From a virus (Duplodnaviria > Caudoviricetes), in IMG/VR virus record IMGVR_UViG_3300038797_000104, positions 1 to 36,708 of that record: a stretch of 36,708 nt of DNA; one strand, written 5' to 3'. Made by a program: the position numbers and the translations under genes. The notes below the pieces were generated by a model. It saw only the letters and a program-made list of their open reading frames with translations, was not told where the DNA came from and made no database searches. Numbering within the stretch: position 1 is the stretch's first letter; each line of letters begins with the position of its first letter. Positions 34,271-36,708 of this stretch are shown here, piece by piece.

Positions 34271-34290
34271 TACTGTTTGTATGTACAGTA
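34271..34290. promoter_or_regulatory. LexA (SOS) box
   Basis: TACTG-TTTGTATGTA-CAGTA, close to the consensus TACTG(TA)5CAGTA. Confidence 0.85.
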
Positions 34291-34363
34291 ATCGAGCCGG
34301 GCAGCAGCGGCGAGCGTGCAGCGACGAGCAGCAGATTTATTCGATTAAAAGATTGGATTTGCT

Positions 34364-34594
34364 TCAATCAAGCTTAAGCATCTGCGCGAGTAAGGGATCA
34401 TTCGACCCCAGGACTGCCGCCTGTATGTCCACGAAGTACATGCCTCCAGTAATTTCCCCTACCACCTCGCCCTCTTCAATCCATTTTTTCAGCTGCTGAA
34501 GGCTAGGTTTATTGCCCGCGTAGCGCAGCTTTCGATACTCGCTGGCCTCCATAAGCCTGGGTAGTCTTACGGTGACCTGAGAAAGAATTTTCAT
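34364..34594 (-). CDS. Orphan excisionase-like winged-HTH protein (array gene 3)
   Basis: LMEASEYRKLRYAGNKPSLQQLKKWIEEGEVVGEITGGMYFVD; ATGA-coupled to array gene 2. Confidence 0.65.
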   Translation of the reverse strand: MKILSQVTVRLPRLMEASEYRKLRYAGNKPSLQQLKKWIEEGEVVGEITGGMYFVDIQAAVLGSNDPLLAQMLKLD

Positions 34595-34827
34595 AATCCT
34601 TGCCCTCTTCGAGCCGCCTCTATTCGATCAACCAGACTGCTTCCAGTCGTCCTATCAGGCCGCGCCGGTTCACGGTAGTGAGCATTTGGCTCCACATAGT
34701 AATTGCGTCCATGCTTGATCGGTGCAGGAGAGATTCGCCCTTCGCGCGCCCACTTTCTCAGCGTGTTTGAGCTGGGAGGCGTTCTGAAGTGATCTCTAGC
34801 CCATTCAGTGAGAGTCAATTTGGTCAT
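34591..34827 (-). CDS. xis: Orphan lambda-Xis-family excisionase (array gene 2)
   Basis: LTLTEWA...PPSSNTLRKWAREGRISPAPIKHGRNYYV closely parallels lambda Xis (LTLQEWN...RSLETVRRWVRECRIFPPPVKDGREYLF); GGAGG RBS. Confidence 0.88.
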   Translation of the reverse strand: MTKLTLTEWARDHFRTPPSSNTLRKWAREGRISPAPIKHGRNYYVEPNAHYREPARPDRTTGSSLVDRIEAARRGQGL

Positions 34828-34858
34828 GACGCCTCCGGATGCTGAGTTCTGTTGCAGA

Positions 34859-35062
34859 TTACTTCAATCGGAGCTCGGGGCTTCTCTTCGGCTCACAACG
34901 CCCTTCGAGAAGGCTGATGACGACTTGGCGCAGCACCTTCGGACGGCCATCCCCGCCGCGAATGAACGGAATCGAATTGTTATCCAGCCATCGCGATTGC
35001 GCGGCGGGCCGTTCATAGCCGGTAAATTCGGCCATTTCGTCTTTCGTTAGAAACATAGTCAT
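34859..35062 (-). CDS. Orphan DUF4224-type excisionase-like protein (array gene 1)
   Basis: MFLTKDEMAEFTGYERPAAQSRWLDNNSIPFIRGGDGRPKV; start at ATG 35062 or 35056. Confidence 0.8.
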   Translation of the reverse strand: MTMFLTKDEMAEFTGYERPAAQSRWLDNNSIPFIRGGDGRPKVLRQVVISLLEGRCEPKRSPELRLK

Positions 35063-35103
35063 TGGCTCACGCAGTGCTTCACTCTTCGTTGCATTCGCTG
35101 CAA

Positions 35104-35201
35104 CGCATGCATTACGAATGACCGCCATTACCGCCACCGTCGACCGTGGACTGATCGCGCTTCAGGCGTGCCAGGCGTATCTGCGAGCTATCTCGCAATG
35201 A
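35104..35201 (+). pseudogene. Second, orphan copy of an Rz 3' end (direct repeat copy 2)
   Basis: Translates HALRMTAITATVDRGLIALQACQAYLRAISQ* versus Rz HAQRIIAITDAGDRGLIALQACQDYVRSVSR*; offset exactly 1310 bp with stop codons aligned. Confidence 0.88.
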
Positions 35202-35222
35202 TCTTGATCGATACTCAGAGCC

Positions 35223-35251
35223 AAAAAAAGCCGCTGATGAGCGGCTTTCTT
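35223..35251 (-). terminator. Intrinsic terminator of the right-end cassette
   Basis: AAAGCCGCT-GATG-AGCGGCTTT with A7 giving a U-tract on the minus strand. Confidence 0.8.
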
Positions 35252-35266
35252 GTCGGAACTTGATTG

Positions 35267-35464
35267 TCAGTCGCAGTAGGCGGACAGAATCTCTTGAGGG
35301 CTAGGCTTCGTATCGAGTCGCTTGAGCAGCATCTCATAATCACGGTTTTCTTTGAGCGGCGCCGGAGATATCTGCTGGTTTTCGCTTTGCAGAGAGGCGC
35401 GAGCGCTTGAAAGCAATTCGTCATGCCTGCGGGTGGAGCTAAAAAAGCTCATTGCATTCTCCAT
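35267..35464 (-). CDS. Small hypothetical protein, 65 aa
   Basis: AGGAG RBS; starts 2 bp after the upstream stop; ends just before the terminator. Confidence 0.6.
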   Translation of the reverse strand: MENAMSFFSSTRRHDELLSSARASLQSENQQISPAPLKENRDYEMLLKRLDTKPSPQEILSAYCD

Positions 35465-35466
35465 TA

Positions 35467-36708
35467 TCAGCTCCTTTTGAAAAAACGCGGATTAAGTTCT
35501 GGTTTGAAATAGTGTTTGCGGTCGATCCACACGAAACCATCATGCTTGCTGATGATCGCTACGTCGATAGGGCCGGAAACTGATTCACTCGGTTTGGTTA
35601 CGCGCTCCTTGAGTGATTCTAGCTCAATGAGGCTTTTCGCCAGCCCAGCCATATCTGGTAAGGGAAGCGAATGTATAATGTTCGACAAAGGAAAGAAATG
35701 CTGGTTTCGGATTTTGTGAAACCATTTGTCTGTATGCCCATCCCTCGCTTCCTTTACTAGCTCGGCTAAGCGCTCTGACTGCACAGCGTCTGGGGTGCCG
35801 CACTCCTCCATCACCTTTCGTCCGAAATCTGCAAGCGCCAAGCTCGTGGAGTCGAACACAGCTCCAAAAACATCAGGTGCTACTCCCATCCTGAAGGTAT
35901 CGATCATGCTTGTGGTCGCGAATGGCTGGATCACGGCCGGAGATTCGGCATCCATATTTCTAGGGTCTTGGCGGGAAAATATCAAACGATCCCCCAGGAA
36001 TCCGTAGCATTCAAAAACCTCAAGGGAGGGGTAATAATCGTCTTTTCCGTAACCTGCGATGACCACGCCCGTGCGGTCTGAAAAGTTGATAAAGTCTTTG
36101 ACTGCGTACTTGATTAGAGTATTGACGAACTTTGGCACTAAGCTCGCGCGGTCTGGCTGGTTCTGGAAAATTATTAACGATTCTGGTGCGGCTTCGATAA
36201 ATGAAGTAGAGCTTTTCGCAATAGCGTTGGCAATATCCACGTCTGTAATGAGCGCGTGTAGAGGCATCTCGTCCACGGTCGCTTCTATGATGTCGAGCGC
36301 CTGATCGACCTGCGCCGTGGAAAGCGTAGATAGTCCAGCAAGGCTGTCCAATTCATGCTGATCAGATACCATTTTTTGCATCCGATAAGCTGCTGAGCCG
36401 ATCAGATTAAATAGTGCCTGGTTACGAGCCTGCTCAGAAAAAAGCTTTTCGTGGTGCTCAATGAAATCGAAAAAGCGCTTCGGATAAGCTTCGAGGCGAT
36501 CGTGCTGTTCCTCTCCTAAGTCTTCCCGGAATGATTTGATTGCGAGCTCCCACGGAACCCCTTGCAGTGACGCTGATCCGTAGATCATCAGGCCTACCGG
36601 AGCTGATCGGGATAATTCGAAAAGCTTATTCGCACCTTTGAAATATCGGCGCTCCTGAAGTCCATCTTTCCACGAGGTGACCGTCGTCGCGCTATCCGCA
36701 GCGAGCAC
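35467..36708 (-). CDS. Proteasome-beta/Ntn-hydrolase-like protein with large insertion, probably 5'-truncated by the window
   Basis: LAADSA...NKLF...GLMIYG at the N-terminus and SVSGPIDVAIISKHDGFVWI at the C-terminus. Confidence 0.6.
   Translation of the reverse strand: MLAADSATTVTSWKDGLQERRYFKGANKLFELSRSAPVGLMIYGSASLQGVPWELAIKSFREDLGEEQHDRLEAYPKRFFDFIEHHEKLFSEQARNQALFNLIGSAAYRMQKMVSDQHELDSLAGLSTLSTAQVDQALDIIEATVDEMPLHALITDVDIANAIAKSSTSFIEAAPESLIIFQNQPDRASLVPKFVNTLIKYAVKDFINFSDRTGVVIAGYGKDDYYPSLEVFECYGFLGDRLIFSRQDPRNMDAESPAVIQPFATTSMIDTFRMGVAPDVFGAVFDSTSLALADFGRKVMEECGTPDAVQSERLAELVKEARDGHTDKWFHKIRNQHFFPLSNIIHSLPLPDMAGLAKSLIELESLKERVTKPSESVSGPIDVAIISKHDGFVWIDRKHYFKPELNPRFFKRS

Noticed and set aside
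35063-35137. N-terminal extension of the 34859..35137 ORF
   Set aside because: It overlaps the antisense Rz remnant; the excisionase-like domain starts at MTMFLT
33794-35175. Direct repeats as attL/attR of a small integrative element
   Set aside because: The repeats are Rz coding sequence with scattered mismatches and enclose no integrase; homologous exchange explains them better
35063-35220. Promoter for the excisionase array
   Set aside because: Only weak -10-like hexamers without a properly spaced -35; not supportable by eye

Overview
The window is an apparently near-complete temperate prophage, most likely from Pseudomonas (inferred from gene families, high GC and LexA boxes). Left to right it has: an inward-pointing two-gene cassette; int-xis; a short early-left operon with a CsrA/RsmA homologue and a LuxR-type HTH protein; a cI/cro switch with 16-bp operators; Rha; an initiator with internal iterons, then DnaC and DnaB; a second tyrosine recombinase; a putative Q-like activator with pR'/tR'; two morons; a holin-like pair; HNH, a candidate cos, terminase and an HK97-type head; a Mu/SfV-like contractile tail with a -1 frameshift chaperone; and GH19 endolysin with Rz/Rz1. 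The most unusual region follows the lysis genes. A 1.3-kb cassette, bounded by two copies of the Rz 3' end, carries three different excisionase (RDF)-like genes in one apparent operon with no integrase nearby, plus a coiled-coil gene preceded by a LexA box. I hypothesise a multi-excisionase module acting on other mobile elements. Other notable points: the CI repressor appears non-self-cleavable (catalytic Lys replaced by Arg, no Ala-Gly site) while two SOS boxes lie elsewhere in the prophage, and a proteasome-beta/Ntn-hydrolase-like gene with a small partner sits at the right edge. No attL/attR was identified. All family assignments come from motif recognition and gene order, not from database searches.
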